NCBI GenBank assembly: GCA_965279035.1
Contig: OZ257142.1
Span: 544,001-608,000, forward strand
Length of the DNA stretch: 64,000 bases
Direction of reading: 5' to 3'
Source: Bacteroidia bacterium
GTDB taxonomy: Bacteria; Bacteroidota; Bacteroidia; M30B66
Shown: one piece after another, positions 20,661 through 31,249 of the stretch
Layout: each line of letters starts with the position of its first letter
Position numbering within the stretch: position 1 is the first letter of the stretch
The notes under the pieces: model-generated
Told to the model about the DNA's origin: nothing
Seen by the model: only the letters and a program-made list of their open reading frames with translations
Databases searched by the model: none
Made by a program: the position numbers and the translations under genes

Positions 20661-21116
20661 TTGGATACACTGAGTTATAAAACAGTTTCGGCCAACAAGG
20701 CTACAGTAACCAAAGAATGGGTACTGGTAGACGCCGAGAACATGGTCCTTGGGCGTTTGAGCTCACAGGTCGCAATGCTGATCCGTGGCAAGAAAAAGCC
20801 CAATTATACACCGCACGTTGATTGTGGTGATAATGTAATCATTATCAATGCTGAGAAGATTGTTCTCTCCGGTAACAAAACCGATGAGAAGATCTACACC
20901 CGCTACACCGGATATCCGGGCGGACAGCGTTTTCAGACTCCGCGTGAGTTGCTGAATAAAAAGCCGGAAGCTATCATCGAAAAAGCGGTGAGAGGCATGC
21001 TTCCTAAAAGCCGTTTAGGCCGTGCTTTATTTGGGAACTTATTCGTATACACTGGAAGCGAGCATCCTCATGCAGCTCAGCAACCAAAAACCATTAACAT
21101 TAACGATCTGCGATAA
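20661..21116 (+). CDS. rplM: 50S ribosomal protein L13
   Basis: LGRLSS..YTPHVDCGD..GYPGG; TTG start. Confidence 0.98.
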   Translation: MDTLSYKTVSANKATVTKEWVLVDAENMVLGRLSSQVAMLIRGKKKPNYTPHVDCGDNVIIINAEKIVLSGNKTDEKIYTRYTGYPGGQRFQTPRELLNKKPEAIIEKAVRGMLPKSRLGRALFGNLFVYTGSEHPHAAQQPKTININDLR

Positions 21117-21502
21117 TGGAAACCATCAACACAAGCGGAAGAAGAAAAACTGCTGTTGCACGTGTTTATCTTAAACCAGGAACTGGAAAGATTACAATCA
21201 ACAAACGCGATATCTCTGATTACTTTACTGTTCCTACTCTTCGTGGAAAGGTTCTTCAACCATTTCTCGTTACTGAGCATGAAGGTAAGTTCGATGTAAC
21301 TGCTAACATTCAAGGTGGTGGAATCACTGGTCAGGCTGGAGCTTTAAGTCTTGCTATTGCAAAAGCATTAGTAGAACTTGATGCTACCAACAAACCAGCA
21401 CTTCGTTCAAATGGATTAGTTACGCGTGACCCACGTATGGTTGAACGTAAAAAACCAGGACAGAAGAAAGCTCGTAAACGCTTCCAGTTCAGTAAACGTT
21501 AA
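21116..21502 (+). CDS. rpsI: 30S ribosomal protein S9
   Basis: GRRKTAVARV..GGGITGQA..KARKRFQFSKR. Confidence 0.98.
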   Translation: METINTSGRRKTAVARVYLKPGTGKITINKRDISDYFTVPTLRGKVLQPFLVTEHEGKFDVTANIQGGGITGQAGALSLAIAKALVELDATNKPALRSNGLVTRDPRMVERKKPGQKKARKRFQFSKR

Positions 21503-21523
21503 TTTTCCGACCCTCCTATTATT

Positions 21524-22294
21524 ATGGCAAGAATATCAACAGATCAACTTTTAGATGCCGGTGTTCACTTCGGTCACTTAAAAAGTAAGTGGAATCCAAA
21601 CATGGCTCCGTACATCTTCATGGAGCGTAACGGAATTCACGTTATTGACCTAAATAAAACAGTTGTTAAGCTTGAAGAAGCTGCTGCTGCTTTGAAACAA
21701 GTCGCTAAATCTGGTAAAAAAATCCTTTTTGTTGCAACAAAGAAACAAGCGAAAGAGATTGTAGCTGAGTCGGTAAAAAAGGTAAACATGCCTTATGTTA
21801 CTGAGCGTTGGCCAGGTGGAATGCTAACTAACTTTGCAACTATCCGCAAAGCAGTTAAGAAAATGGCTACCATTGATAAAATGGCTGCTGATGGAACATA
21901 CGAAACCATCTCTAAAAAAGAGAAACTAACTATTTCTCGTGAGCGCGAAAAATTGGAAACTCAATTCGGTTCAATTACCGATATGAGTCGTCTTCCTGCT
22001 GCTTTATTCATTGTTGATATTTCGAAAGAACATATCGCAGTAGCTGAAGCGCGTCGTTTAAATATCCCAACATTTGCAATTGTTGATACCAACTCAAACC
22101 CAAATTTGGTTGACTATCCAATTCCTGCTAATGATGATGCAGCAAAATCAATTTCCCTTATTATGGATGTGATTATTGGTGCAGTTCAAGAAGGATTGAG
22201 CGAACGCAAACAAGAGAAAGAAAAAGGGATGACGAACAACATGCTAAAGCAGAAACTGCTGCAGCTGCTGACGCTTCACCAAAAGACTAAGTAA
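21524..22294 (+). CDS. rpsB: 30S ribosomal protein S2 (C-terminal tail probably frameshifted)
   Basis: AGVHFGH, RWPGGMLTN, DTNSNP..IPANDD. Confidence 0.97.
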   Translation: MARISTDQLLDAGVHFGHLKSKWNPNMAPYIFMERNGIHVIDLNKTVVKLEEAAAALKQVAKSGKKILFVATKKQAKEIVAESVKKVNMPYVTERWPGGMLTNFATIRKAVKKMATIDKMAADGTYETISKKEKLTISREREKLETQFGSITDMSRLPAALFIVDISKEHIAVAEARRLNIPTFAIVDTNSNPNLVDYPIPANDDAAKSISLIMDVIIGAVQEGLSERKQEKEKGMTNNMLKQKLLQLLTLHQKTK

Positions 22295-22315
22295 TAATCC
22301 CGAAACACGCATATC

Positions 22316-23155
22316 ATGTCAACTGTAGCAATTACTGCTAGTGATGTAAATAAACTCCGCCAAATGACTGGTGCGGGAATGATGGACTGCAAAAAAGCGC
22401 TTACCGAAGCCAATGGCGATTTCGAAGCGGCAGTTGATTTTCTTCGTAAAAAAGGTCAGAAGGTAGCTGGTAACCGTGCCGATCGCGATGCTAATGAAGG
22501 TGTTGTTATTGCTCGTGTTACTGCTGATAATACTCGTGGTGTTCTTGTTGTTCTTAATTGCGAAACAGATTTCGTAGCAAAGAATCAAGACTTCATCGAT
22601 TTCACAACCAAGATTTCTGATATCGCGCTGAATACAAAACCAGCTGATGTAACTGAACTTCTTGCAGCTTCGTTCGATGGTCTTCCGATTAGTGAACGTA
22701 TCAACGAACAAGTTGGTAAAATTGGTGAGAAAATGGAACTTCATTACTCTCAATTAGAAGCTCCTTTCGTTGTTGCTTACAATCACCCAGGTTTCCGTTT
22801 AGCTACAATCGTTGCTTTTAATAAAGCAGGAGTTTCCGGAATTGAAACAGTTGCAAAAGACGTTTCTATGCAAGCTGCAGCAATGGCTCCAGTAGCTGTT
22901 GATAAAGACGATGTCGACACGAACACATTAGAACGCGAATTAGATATCGCTCGTGAGCAAATCCGTGCAGAAGGTAAACCAGAAGAAATGGTTGAGAAAA
23001 TCGCTGCTGGTAAACTCAATAAGTTTTACAAAGACAACACACTCCTTAATCAGGAATTTGTGAAGGATAACAAAATGTCTGTTCGTCAATATGTTCAGAC
23101 AATTGATAAAGACCTAACCGTTACTGCTTTTAAACGTCACGCTTTAGGAAATTAA
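22316..23155 (+). CDS. tsf: Elongation factor Ts
   Basis: LRQMTGAGMMDCKKAL, NCETDFVAKN. Confidence 0.98.
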   Translation: MSTVAITASDVNKLRQMTGAGMMDCKKALTEANGDFEAAVDFLRKKGQKVAGNRADRDANEGVVIARVTADNTRGVLVVLNCETDFVAKNQDFIDFTTKISDIALNTKPADVTELLAASFDGLPISERINEQVGKIGEKMELHYSQLEAPFVVAYNHPGFRLATIVAFNKAGVSGIETVAKDVSMQAAAMAPVAVDKDDVDTNTLERELDIAREQIRAEGKPEEMVEKIAAGKLNKFYKDNTLLNQEFVKDNKMSVRQYVQTIDKDLTVTAFKRHALGN

Positions 23156-23164
23156 TTTATTTGG

Positions 23165-23230
23165 AAAGAGAGAAGAAATTCTCTCTTTTTTTTTGCTCTA
23201 ACATCCCGTTCTTGTAGCGGGATTTTTTTT
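23165..23230 (+). terminator. Two tandem intrinsic terminators after tsf
   Basis: AAAGAGAGAA..TTCTCTCTTT plus T run; ATCCCG..CGGGAT plus T run. Confidence 0.75.
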
Positions 23231-23250
23231 GAACTACTGAACCATTAATT

Positions 23251-23958
23251 ATGAAATACAAACGCATCCTCCTGAAACTTAGTGGCGAATCCTTAATGGG
23301 TAATAAGAATTTCGGTATCGACTCGGATAGACTTTCGCAATATGCTCAGGAAATAAAGGAAATTCAAGCAACAGGTGTTGAAGTTGCTGTTGTTATAGGC
23401 GGAGGAAATATCTTTCGTGGTATTCAAGCAGCCGAAGGTGGAATGGACCGTGTTCAAGGTGATTACATGGGAATGTTAGCAACCGTAATCAATAGTATGG
23501 CTTTGCAGTCGGCTCTTGAGGTGATTGGAGTTCAAACTCGATTGCAAAGTGCGATCAAAATGGAACAAATCTGCGAACCATTCATTCGTCGTAGAGCAGT
23601 TCGTCATTTGGAAAAAGGACGTGTCGTAATTTTTGGCGCAGGAACCGGGAATCCATATTTCACCACTGATACCGCCGCTACTTTACGAGCAATTGAAATT
23701 GAAGCGGATGTGATTCTCAAAGGAACTCGTGTGGATGGAATCTATACTGCTGATCCAGAAAAGGACCCCAACGCTGTGAAATACGATACCATCACCTTTA
23801 CCGAAGTTTATGAAAAAGGACTAAACGTGATGGACATGACCGCATTTACTTTATGTAATGATAACAAATTACCAATCATTGTGTTTGATATGGACACGAG
23901 CGGTAATTTAAAACGCCTCATTGCGGGCGAACGTGTTGGAACCTTGGTTGAATTTTGA
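23251..23958 (+). CDS. pyrH: Uridylate kinase
   Basis: [26 protein letters not shown]. Confidence 0.98.
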   Translation: MKYKRILLKLSGESLMGNKNFGIDSDRLSQYAQEIKEIQATGVEVAVVIGGGNIFRGIQAAEGGMDRVQGDYMGMLATVINSMALQSALEVIGVQTRLQSAIKMEQICEPFIRRRAVRHLEKGRVVIFGAGTGNPYFTTDTAATLRAIEIEADVILKGTRVDGIYTADPEKDPNAVKYDTITFTEVYEKGLNVMDMTAFTLCNDNKLPIIVFDMDTSGNLKRLIAGERVGTLVEF

Positions 23959-24012
23959 TCTGTTTGAATTCAGTCGAAAATCTTGTTTATTTGCACACCT
24001 TTCTGAAAAGCT

Positions 24013-24576
24013 ATGAACGAACTAGTTAAGCCTCAAATTGATTCAGCTACTTTGCTGATGGACAAAGCAATTGCTCACTTAGAAGCAGAATTGGCTAAAA
24101 TTCGCGCGGGCAAAGCAAGTCCTGCGATGCTCGATGGTATTTATGTGGACTATTATGGTTCAAATACTCCTTTAAGTCAAGTTGCCAACATCAACACTCC
24201 TGATGCTCGAACTTTAGCTGTTCAACCTTGGGAGAAACAAATGCTAGGACCCATTGAAAAAGCTATTTTCGGCTCTAATATCGGCTTGACACCACAAAAT
24301 GATGGAGTGATGATACGCTTGAACATTCCTCCGGTGACGGAAGAACGTCGTTTGAATTTGGTAAAACAATCGAAAGGAGAAGCCGAAAACGCAAAAGTGA
24401 GTATTCGAAATGTACGTCGCGATGCCAATGAAGCTATTCGCAAGCTGGTTAAAGATGGTTTAGCTGAAGATATTGCGAAAGATGCCGAAACTAAAATTCA
24501 GCAGCTTACCGATTCGTATATCGCGAAAACTGAAAAGCATCTCGAAGCCAAAGAAAAAGAAATCATGACTGTTTAG
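24013..24576 (+). CDS. frr: Ribosome recycling factor
   Basis: IRAGKASP, PPVTEERR, IRNVRRD. Confidence 0.98.
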   Translation: MNELVKPQIDSATLLMDKAIAHLEAELAKIRAGKASPAMLDGIYVDYYGSNTPLSQVANINTPDARTLAVQPWEKQMLGPIEKAIFGSNIGLTPQNDGVMIRLNIPPVTEERRLNLVKQSKGEAENAKVSIRNVRRDANEAIRKLVKDGLAEDIAKDAETKIQQLTDSYIAKTEKHLEAKEKEIMTV

Positions 24577-24592
24577 TTTTGTCATAAAACAT

Positions 24593-24630
24593 AAAAAAAG
24601 CCCGAAGGAACATGTCTTTCGGGCTTTCTT
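24593..24630. terminator. Bidirectional terminator between frr and glmS
   Basis: AAAGCCCGAA..TTCGGGCTTT. Confidence 0.8.
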
Positions 24631-24647
24631 GTTTTTGGTATTTAATA

Positions 24648-26495
24648 TTATTCTACAGTAACCGATTTGGCCAAATTTCTTGGTTGATCTACGTTACATC
24701 CACGCATAATGGCAATGTGGTAAGCCAATAATTGCAATGGAATTACACTCATAAGTGGAGTTAATTCTTCTTCTACATCCGGAATTTCAATAGTATGATC
24801 AGCCAATGCAGAAACATCTTTATCTCCTTGCGTTACAATTGCGATGATTTTTCCGCCACGCGCTTTAACTTCTTGCACGTTGCTTAAGATTTTTTCATAA
24901 GCACCTCTACTTGGAGCAATAACTACAACAGGCATGTTCTCATCAATCAATGCAATCGGACCATGTTTCATTTCTGCAGCAGGATAACCTTCGGCATGGA
25001 TGTAGGAAATCTCTTTCAGTTTCAAAGCCCCTTCAAGTGCAATTGGGAAATTATAACTTCTTCCCAAATACAAGAAATTGTTAGCGTCTTTATAGATGGA
25101 ACTGATATACCGAATCTGATCATCGAGTTTCAACATCTCTTCAATTTTTGAAGGAAGTTGATCCAATCCATTCAACATTTGATGATATTTTGCTTGAGTA
25201 ATTGTGCCTTTTTTATTGGCAATTACTAAAGCCATCAGGGTAAGAACAGTTACTTGTGCAGTAAATGCTTTGGTTGATGCAACTCCAATCTCAGGACCAG
25301 CATGCGTATATGAACCCGCATGAGTTGCACGTGCGATCGAAGATCCAACCACATTGCAAATTCCAAAAATGGTTGCTCCTTTTGATTTGGCTAGTTCAAT
25401 TGCTGCAAGTGTATCGGCTGTTTCACCCGATTGACTGATCGCAATGACCACATCGTTTTCGGTGATGATTGGATTGCGGTAGCGAAATTCAGAAGCGTAT
25501 TCTACTTCAACTGGAATACGTGCCCAATCTTCGAACAAATATTCTCCCACTAATCCAGCATGCCATGAAGTACCACAAGCAACAATGATAATGCGATGTG
25601 CATTCATGATTTTGCTTTGATAATCGATGATACCGCCCAATGTTACTTCGCCTAGTTCGATATTTAATCGACCACGCATGTTATCACGTATAGAGCGAGG
25701 TTGCTCGTATATTTCCTTCAACATGAAATGCTCAAATCCACCTTTTTCAATGGTTTCGAGTTGCATTTCAAGCGCTTGTACATAGGGTGTTTTATCTTGG
25801 TTGCGGATGGTTTTGATTTTCATCTCCTTCCCCGTTTCCAAAATCACAATCTCTTCATCATCCAAATACACCACATTGCGCGTGTATTCAATAATTGGAG
25901 TTGCATCTGAAGCAATAAAATACTCATGATTTGGTCCTACGCCCACTACCAGTGGACTTCCTTTTTTAGCCCCAATCATCAAATCGGGATTTTCTTTCGA
26001 AAGAATCACAATAGCATAAGCACCAACTACTTGAGTAAGGGCGATTTGAACAGCCGTTACAAGATCAGTCTTTTCGTTTTCAAGCACATTCTCAATCAGG
26101 TAAATCAACACTTCTGTATCGGTGTCACTTTTGAAAATATGACCTCGGTTCTCGAGTTCTTTCTTCAACGAAGCATAATTCTCGATAATACCATTGTGGA
26201 TTATTACAAGTTTTCCAGATTCTGAAAAATGTGGATGAGCATTTTTATCATCAGGAACTCCATGAGTTGCCCAGCGAGTATGTCCCACACCAATATGTCC
26301 TGAAACATCTTTGTTTACAACAAAATGTTCTAAATCTGAAACTTTGCCTTTGCATTTAAACAAACGAATGTCATCGCCCGGTTTTATCAGAGCAACTCCA
26401 GCACTGTCATAGCCTCGGTATTCAAGACGGTGAAGACCTTTAAGCAAAATCGGGTAAGCTTCGCGCTCTCCCATGTAAGCTACAATTCCACACAT
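24648..26495 (-). CDS. glmS: Glutamine--fructose-6-phosphate transaminase
   Basis: MCGIV, HTRWATHG, SQSGETADT, PRNLAKSVTVE. Confidence 0.98.
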   Translation of the reverse strand: MCGIVAYMGEREAYPILLKGLHRLEYRGYDSAGVALIKPGDDIRLFKCKGKVSDLEHFVVNKDVSGHIGVGHTRWATHGVPDDKNAHPHFSESGKLVIIHNGIIENYASLKKELENRGHIFKSDTDTEVLIYLIENVLENEKTDLVTAVQIALTQVVGAYAIVILSKENPDLMIGAKKGSPLVVGVGPNHEYFIASDATPIIEYTRNVVYLDDEEIVILETGKEMKIKTIRNQDKTPYVQALEMQLETIEKGGFEHFMLKEIYEQPRSIRDNMRGRLNIELGEVTLGGIIDYQSKIMNAHRIIIVACGTSWHAGLVGEYLFEDWARIPVEVEYASEFRYRNPIITENDVVIAISQSGETADTLAAIELAKSKGATIFGICNVVGSSIARATHAGSYTHAGPEIGVASTKAFTAQVTVLTLMALVIANKKGTITQAKYHQMLNGLDQLPSKIEEMLKLDDQIRYISSIYKDANNFLYLGRSYNFPIALEGALKLKEISYIHAEGYPAAEMKHGPIALIDENMPVVVIAPSRGAYEKILSNVQEVKARGGKIIAIVTQGDKDVSALADHTIEIPDVEEELTPLMSVIPLQLLAYHIAIMRGCNVDQPRNLAKSVTVE

Positions 26496-26501
26496 ATATT
26501 T

Positions 26502-27836
26502 TTATTGTTGAGGTAAAACTTGATAAAGAAGTTCAAAACGAACAGGACGATTTTCTGATTGTCCACCGTTTAAAGGTACACGATAAGAACTAACACCTGT
26601 TCCAGTAGATTGAATAAACAATCCACGGTCTACTAAAAGGTTGTTAAGTATGCCTTGAATATAGCGAGACACATTAAAAACATAGTGTTTATTAACAGCA
26701 TCATAGGTACCACCAGCCCATGTATCACCAATAATTAAATCCGGTGTGGTTTGTAATTCACCATCTTCACCTTTCGTGATCAAATTCAATTGAGGATTGG
26801 GCAAGTATTTTCCTAAATCATCTATAGCTACAGGAACAAAAATTCGTGCTTCATTCACTAAAATATTTCTACCTGCTTGCCATGATTTTAGGTCTGGCAA
26901 GTCGATACGCGTTCTTAAACCAGCCATTGTTTGAGTATAACAACGAACATTGGCAAGAGCTGGAGTTGAAATCAAATTCGAAACATGTTCAGAATATTGA
27001 TGATTAAAACGAGTAAATCGTGAGCAGCTTTCATTGACAATGAAAGAGGTTCTTAAACTATCGTTAGCTGAGTTTTTATAATACAAATCCATTCTTGCCC
27101 CTGAAGTTAGGGTGAAATCGAGTATTGCACCAATTCCTGCTTGTGAATTCTGGGTTTCCGAACGAATGTAAATGCCCTTAAAAAATTGCACGAAAGCATC
27201 TCCATCGACCAAAGCTGATGGATTGTCATGAATTTGTTGAGCTATATCAATATTAAGTCGAATCCGAAGTTGGGGAGCTTCTTTTTTCCCTGTAACGTTA
27301 GCAGAATCCGAAAGAAGAGGAACAATGAAACCAGTTTGACCAATTGGTGTTGGCTCGATCGTTAAAGAATCGTTACTATAGAATGTGCTGCTTTGAGCAA
27401 AATCTTGAGTTACTCGATAAACAAAGAATTTTTGAAGACCGTTTAGTTTGGTAATATCTCCATAAAATCCACGGTAAGGAAATACCAAAACCAATGAATC
27501 AGGGCTAAAGCCATCTCCCAAATTAATATTACTTACACTTGGTCTTAACTGCGTATAAAATCCAGCACGCATGTTACCAAGCAATGGGTCGTTGTATGCG
27601 CCGAGCAGGTTGAGTGAAAGTTCGTCAGTTTTAACAGAATCCTCGCGTTCTAATGTTGTTCGAATTGTAAAGTCATTCTTACGAAGCATATTAACAGCAT
27701 CGGAAGGATTTTGAACTTCAAGACCTAAATCAGGTTGTTTGCACGAAGGCGACAACAGAAAAAGGAAGCTAAACAACAGGAAACCCGAAACTCTCCAATC
27801 GAAAAGTTCCGGGTATGAATGGCGATTTATTTTCAA
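26502..27836 (-). CDS. DUF4270 family lipoprotein (start uncertain; ORF open to 28034 but overlaps upstream gene)
   Basis: Lipobox SPSC-KQ, F..FFKGIYI motif; usual position between glycogen synthase and glmS; TTG at 27836 avoids the overlap. Confidence 0.75.
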   Translation of the reverse strand: MKINRHSYPELFDWRVSGFLLFSFLFLLSPSCKQPDLGLEVQNPSDAVNMLRKNDFTIRTTLEREDSVKTDELSLNLLGAYNDPLLGNMRAGFYTQLRPSVSNINLGDGFSPDSLVLVFPYRGFYGDITKLNGLQKFFVYRVTQDFAQSSTFYSNDSLTIEPTPIGQTGFIVPLLSDSANVTGKKEAPQLRIRLNIDIAQQIHDNPSALVDGDAFVQFFKGIYIRSETQNSQAGIGAILDFTLTSGARMDLYYKNSANDSLRTSFIVNESCSRFTRFNHQYSEHVSNLISTPALANVRCYTQTMAGLRTRIDLPDLKSWQAGRNILVNEARIFVPVAIDDLGKYLPNPQLNLITKGEDGELQTTPDLIIGDTWAGGTYDAVNKHYVFNVSRYIQGILNNLLVDRGLFIQSTGTGVSSYRVPLNGGQSENRPVRFELLYQVLPQQ

Positions 27837-27858
27837 GGGAAACTGTAAAATTCGGAAT

Positions 27859-28692
27859 TTATTCAGCCATTTCGGCGACCGGCTCCCCCAGGAGAACCTC
27901 GTCATAAAATGCAGAATACGCATCTGCATAGGTTTCTTCCGTTTGAAGACCAAGAAGTGATTTCTTGTTTTCTTTCGCAAATTGAATAAGCTCTTCAGAA
28001 GCATTCTCATGAGCCACAATAACGCCATCAGCAAAACTTATTGCATGACGCATTAAATTTAAATAGCTTGGGTCTTTTAGTAATGAAACATCTTGCGTGT
28101 CAATACCATCCATGATTAGTTTCTCAGCGATGCGATGATCCATATTGGAAGTAAAAACATCATCATATAAAGAAACAACCAAACGACTTTCGGCAAATAA
28201 AGGATCGTCTTTAAAATTTCGTTTAATCAACACTGGAAGTAATGCAGCCATCCATCCATGACAATGAATTACATCAGGCGACCAGCCTAGTTTTTTCACT
28301 GTTTCAATTACTCCTTTGCAGAAAAATAACATACGCTCATCATTATCAGCATAGAACTGATCGTTCTTATCTGTAACAATAAATTTGCGTTGAAAATATT
28401 CTTCGTTATCGATGAAGTAAACCTGCATCCGAGCTGCCTGAATGGAAGCAACTTTAATGATTAGTGGTTGATCATTGTCGTCCACAATTAAATTCATCCC
28501 TGATAAACGAATAACTTCATGCAATTGGTTGCGGCGTTCATTAATACAACCGTAACGAGGCATAAACGTTCTAATTTCTCTTCCGCGTTCTTGAATGGCT
28601 TGAGGCAACTCACGAGCTACTTTCGATAAATTGGATTCCGGCAAATAAGGGGTGATCTCCTGTGAAACAAACAATACTCTTGTTTTCGTCAT
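27859..28692 (-). CDS. Glycogen/starch synthase catalytic-domain protein (GT5, single domain)
   Basis: FMPRYGCINERRNQLHEVIRLSGMN, PDVIHCHGW. Confidence 0.9.
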   Translation of the reverse strand: MTKTRVLFVSQEITPYLPESNLSKVARELPQAIQERGREIRTFMPRYGCINERRNQLHEVIRLSGMNLIVDDNDQPLIIKVASIQAARMQVYFIDNEEYFQRKFIVTDKNDQFYADNDERMLFFCKGVIETVKKLGWSPDVIHCHGWMAALLPVLIKRNFKDDPLFAESRLVVSLYDDVFTSNMDHRIAEKLIMDGIDTQDVSLLKDPSYLNLMRHAISFADGVIVAHENASEELIQFAKENKKSLLGLQTEETYADAYSAFYDEVLLGEPVAEMAE

Positions 28693-28937
28693 AGCAAGTC
28701 AATTAAGAAAAAGGAGGAAGATTTATGAAGTCATTCCATGAAGGAAAGCCGGCACTAAAAAAACAACGGCAGGAATGATCCATTTTCGGTGATTTGGTAA
28801 ATCAGATTACAAAATTACGAAAAATTTTTGGTTAAAATCAAGGGCAATCATTTAGCTTTGCAGCCCTTGCCAACCTAATTGACGGATTAAGCGGATGTTA
28901 GCCATTTGATCATGCCTAGTATTTTCTTCAAAATTCC

Positions 28938-29783
28938 ATGATTCTTATACGCACCGTTTCTGAACTCAACCATTTTATAGGCCGAATTCGAGAAGAAAAG
29001 AAAAAACTTGGCTTTGTCCCTACTATGGGGGCTTTACACGAAGGTCATCTTTCGCTTATTCGAAGTTCTCAATCGGAAAACGACGCAACATTACTAAGCA
29101 TTTTCGTCAATCCTACCCAGTTTAACGAAAGTTCCGATTTTAAAAATTATCCTCGTACAGAGGAAAAAGATTTGAGCTTAATCGAATCATTGAATGTTCA
29201 GGCTGTATTTCTTCCTTCAACCTCCGAAATGTATGGTTCTGGAGAGAGTCATCTTCTAGATTTCCCCTTAAATGGTTTAGACTCAGTGATGGAAGGAAAG
29301 TATCGAAAAGGGCATTTTAACGGAGTTGTAACCATAGTAGATACATTCTTTTCCTTAATTCAACCCGATGCCGCTTATTTTGGGTTGAAGGACTTTCAAC
29401 AATTAGCAATCGTTCGACTTCTTGCTGAAAAAAGGCATCCTCATATCCGAATTATTGCCTGTCCAATCATTAGAGAAGAAGACGGTTTGGCGAAAAGTTC
29501 TCGTAATGCACTTTTGTCGGAAGAAGAAAGAAGAAAATCAGTTTTAATTTCTCAAGTACTATTTCAGATCAAAAATCAATGGAAGAGTCGGCCAATTGAG
29601 GAAATTATTGAAGAAGGTAAGGCTGCATTTTCACATTCAGATCTTCAACTTGAATACTTAGAAATTGCTGATTCAAAGAGTTTAGTTTCACTAAATAAAT
29701 ATTCTCAAAAGCCCGCTGTTGCTTGTATAGCAGCTCGTATTGGGAATGTTCGATTAATAGATAATTGCGAATTACCCGAATGA
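28938..29783 (+). CDS. panC: Pantoate--beta-alanine ligase
   Basis: [35 protein letters not shown]. Confidence 0.97.
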   Translation: MILIRTVSELNHFIGRIREEKKKLGFVPTMGALHEGHLSLIRSSQSENDATLLSIFVNPTQFNESSDFKNYPRTEEKDLSLIESLNVQAVFLPSTSEMYGSGESHLLDFPLNGLDSVMEGKYRKGHFNGVVTIVDTFFSLIQPDAAYFGLKDFQQLAIVRLLAEKRHPHIRIIACPIIREEDGLAKSSRNALLSEEERRKSVLISQVLFQIKNQWKSRPIEEIIEEGKAAFSHSDLQLEYLEIADSKSLVSLNKYSQKPAVACIAARIGNVRLIDNCELPE

Positions 29784-29829
29784 GCTTCTTTGTGGATTCG
29801 ATAGATTTGCCGTAGGTTTGCGCCCGTTT

Positions 29830-30180
29830 ATGCACATTCAGGTTCTAAAGTCTAAAATTCACCGAGTAACGGTAACAGAAGCCGATCTCAACTATATTGG
29901 AAGTGTAACCATTGATGAAAATTTGATGGATGCTGCCAATCTGATTGAAAATGAAAAAGTTCAGGTTCTGAATATGCACAATGGTGAGCGCTTGGAAACA
30001 TACGTGATCAAAGGTGCACGTGGCTCTGGTGTTATTTGTATGAATGGTCCAGCTGCCCGCAAAGTAACGGTTGGCGATATCATTATCATTATTTCATACG
30101 CAATGATGGATTTTGAAGAAGCTAAATCCTTTTCACCTTGGGTGATTTTTCCAGATACATCAACTAACAAATTAAAATAG
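29830..30180 (+). CDS. panD: Aspartate 1-decarboxylase
   Basis: [14 protein letters not shown] cleavage site, NGERLETY; ATG at 29830. Confidence 0.97.
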   Translation: MHIQVLKSKIHRVTVTEADLNYIGSVTIDENLMDAANLIENEKVQVLNMHNGERLETYVIKGARGSGVICMNGPAARKVTVGDIIIIISYAMMDFEEAKSFSPWVIFPDTSTNKLK

Positions 30181-30187
30181 GTCTTCT

Positions 30188-31249
30188 ATGTTGAAGCGTT
30201 TCTGGTCTGCCACTAAATACTATTTCTTTCTGGCGATCGGACTATTGCTACTGTATGTTGTATTCAAGGATGTAGATTTTCCTTGGATGTGGAACGAAAT
30301 AAAACATGCACATTTCGGTTGGGTATTCATTTCGTTTGTTTGTGGATTTATTGCCATGGCTATTCGTGCTTGGAGATGGAGAATCATGTTAGAGCCGCTC
30401 GGATATAAACCAAGTTTTCGAAATTGTTTTAATGGTGTTGCTATTGGATATCTTTCCAATATTGCTTTGCCTCGAATGGGAGAGGTGGTTCGTTGTACTA
30501 TTTTGAATCAAACCAACGGAATTCCTGTAACTAAACTATTCGGAACGGTTATTCTCGAACGAGTTATTGATGTATTGATCCTACTGAGTCTGATTGCAGT
30601 TGTGTTTTTTACTCAAATAGACCGTTTTGGGAAATTCTTCATGAACGAAGTTTTTGGGGACAAACTTTCTAAAATTCAGAGTTTCCTATCAGAATCTGGA
30701 TGGATTGTAATTCCATTGCTTATCATCATCCTCATTGCAGGAATAGTTCTGTTACGTTGGATTTTTACAAAGTACAAGGAGAATAAAATCATTCAAAAAG
30801 TGATTGAATTTGGGAAAGGAATTTCAGATGGGTTGATCACTTTATTTAGCATGAAACGGAAAGCCGAATTCCTGCTTCATACGTTTCTAATTTGGTTTTT
30901 GTATTTCGTAATGACTTGGATTTGCATATATGCTTACGATCCAACATCGAACTTATCACCTTTTGATGGATTGTTTTTGATGGTTGTTGGAGGTTTAGGA
31001 ATGTCGGCACCTGTTCAAGGTGGATTTGGAGCCTTTCATTATTTGGTTGAAAAAGCATTGTTTTTATACGATATCAAACCATCCATCAATGCCATAACTG
31101 GTGCTGAATTGAAACCAGGGCTTGTGTTTGCAACGATTGTTCATACAACACAGTTCGTAATGACTGTGGTAGCAGGCTTTATAGCATTAATAAGTGTTGC
31201 AATCCAACGCAAAAAGACCAATCCGGATGAGCCAGCTCCAAATCATTAG
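30188..31249 (+). CDS. Lysylphosphatidylglycerol synthase TM / flippase-like protein
   Basis: RAWRW, LPRMGEVVR, ERVID, PVQGGFG; many TM segments. Confidence 0.88.
   Translation: MLKRFWSATKYYFFLAIGLLLLYVVFKDVDFPWMWNEIKHAHFGWVFISFVCGFIAMAIRAWRWRIMLEPLGYKPSFRNCFNGVAIGYLSNIALPRMGEVVRCTILNQTNGIPVTKLFGTVILERVIDVLILLSLIAVVFFTQIDRFGKFFMNEVFGDKLSKIQSFLSESGWIVIPLLIIILIAGIVLLRWIFTKYKENKIIQKVIEFGKGISDGLITLFSMKRKAEFLLHTFLIWFLYFVMTWICIYAYDPTSNLSPFDGLFLMVVGGLGMSAPVQGGFGAFHYLVEKALFLYDIKPSINAITGAELKPGLVFATIVHTTQFVMTVVAGFIALISVAIQRKKTNPDEPAPNH

Noticed and set aside
23203-23230. ATCCCG..CGGGAT hairpin as another copy of the tRNA-associated palindrome
   Set aside because: Lacks the TCCCGAT/ATCGGGA arms and has a T tail after tsf; better explained as a terminator
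27837-28034. 176-bp overlap between the DUF4270 ORF and glycogen synthase
   Set aside because: Artefact of longest-ORF calling; the lipoprotein signal points to a start near 27836
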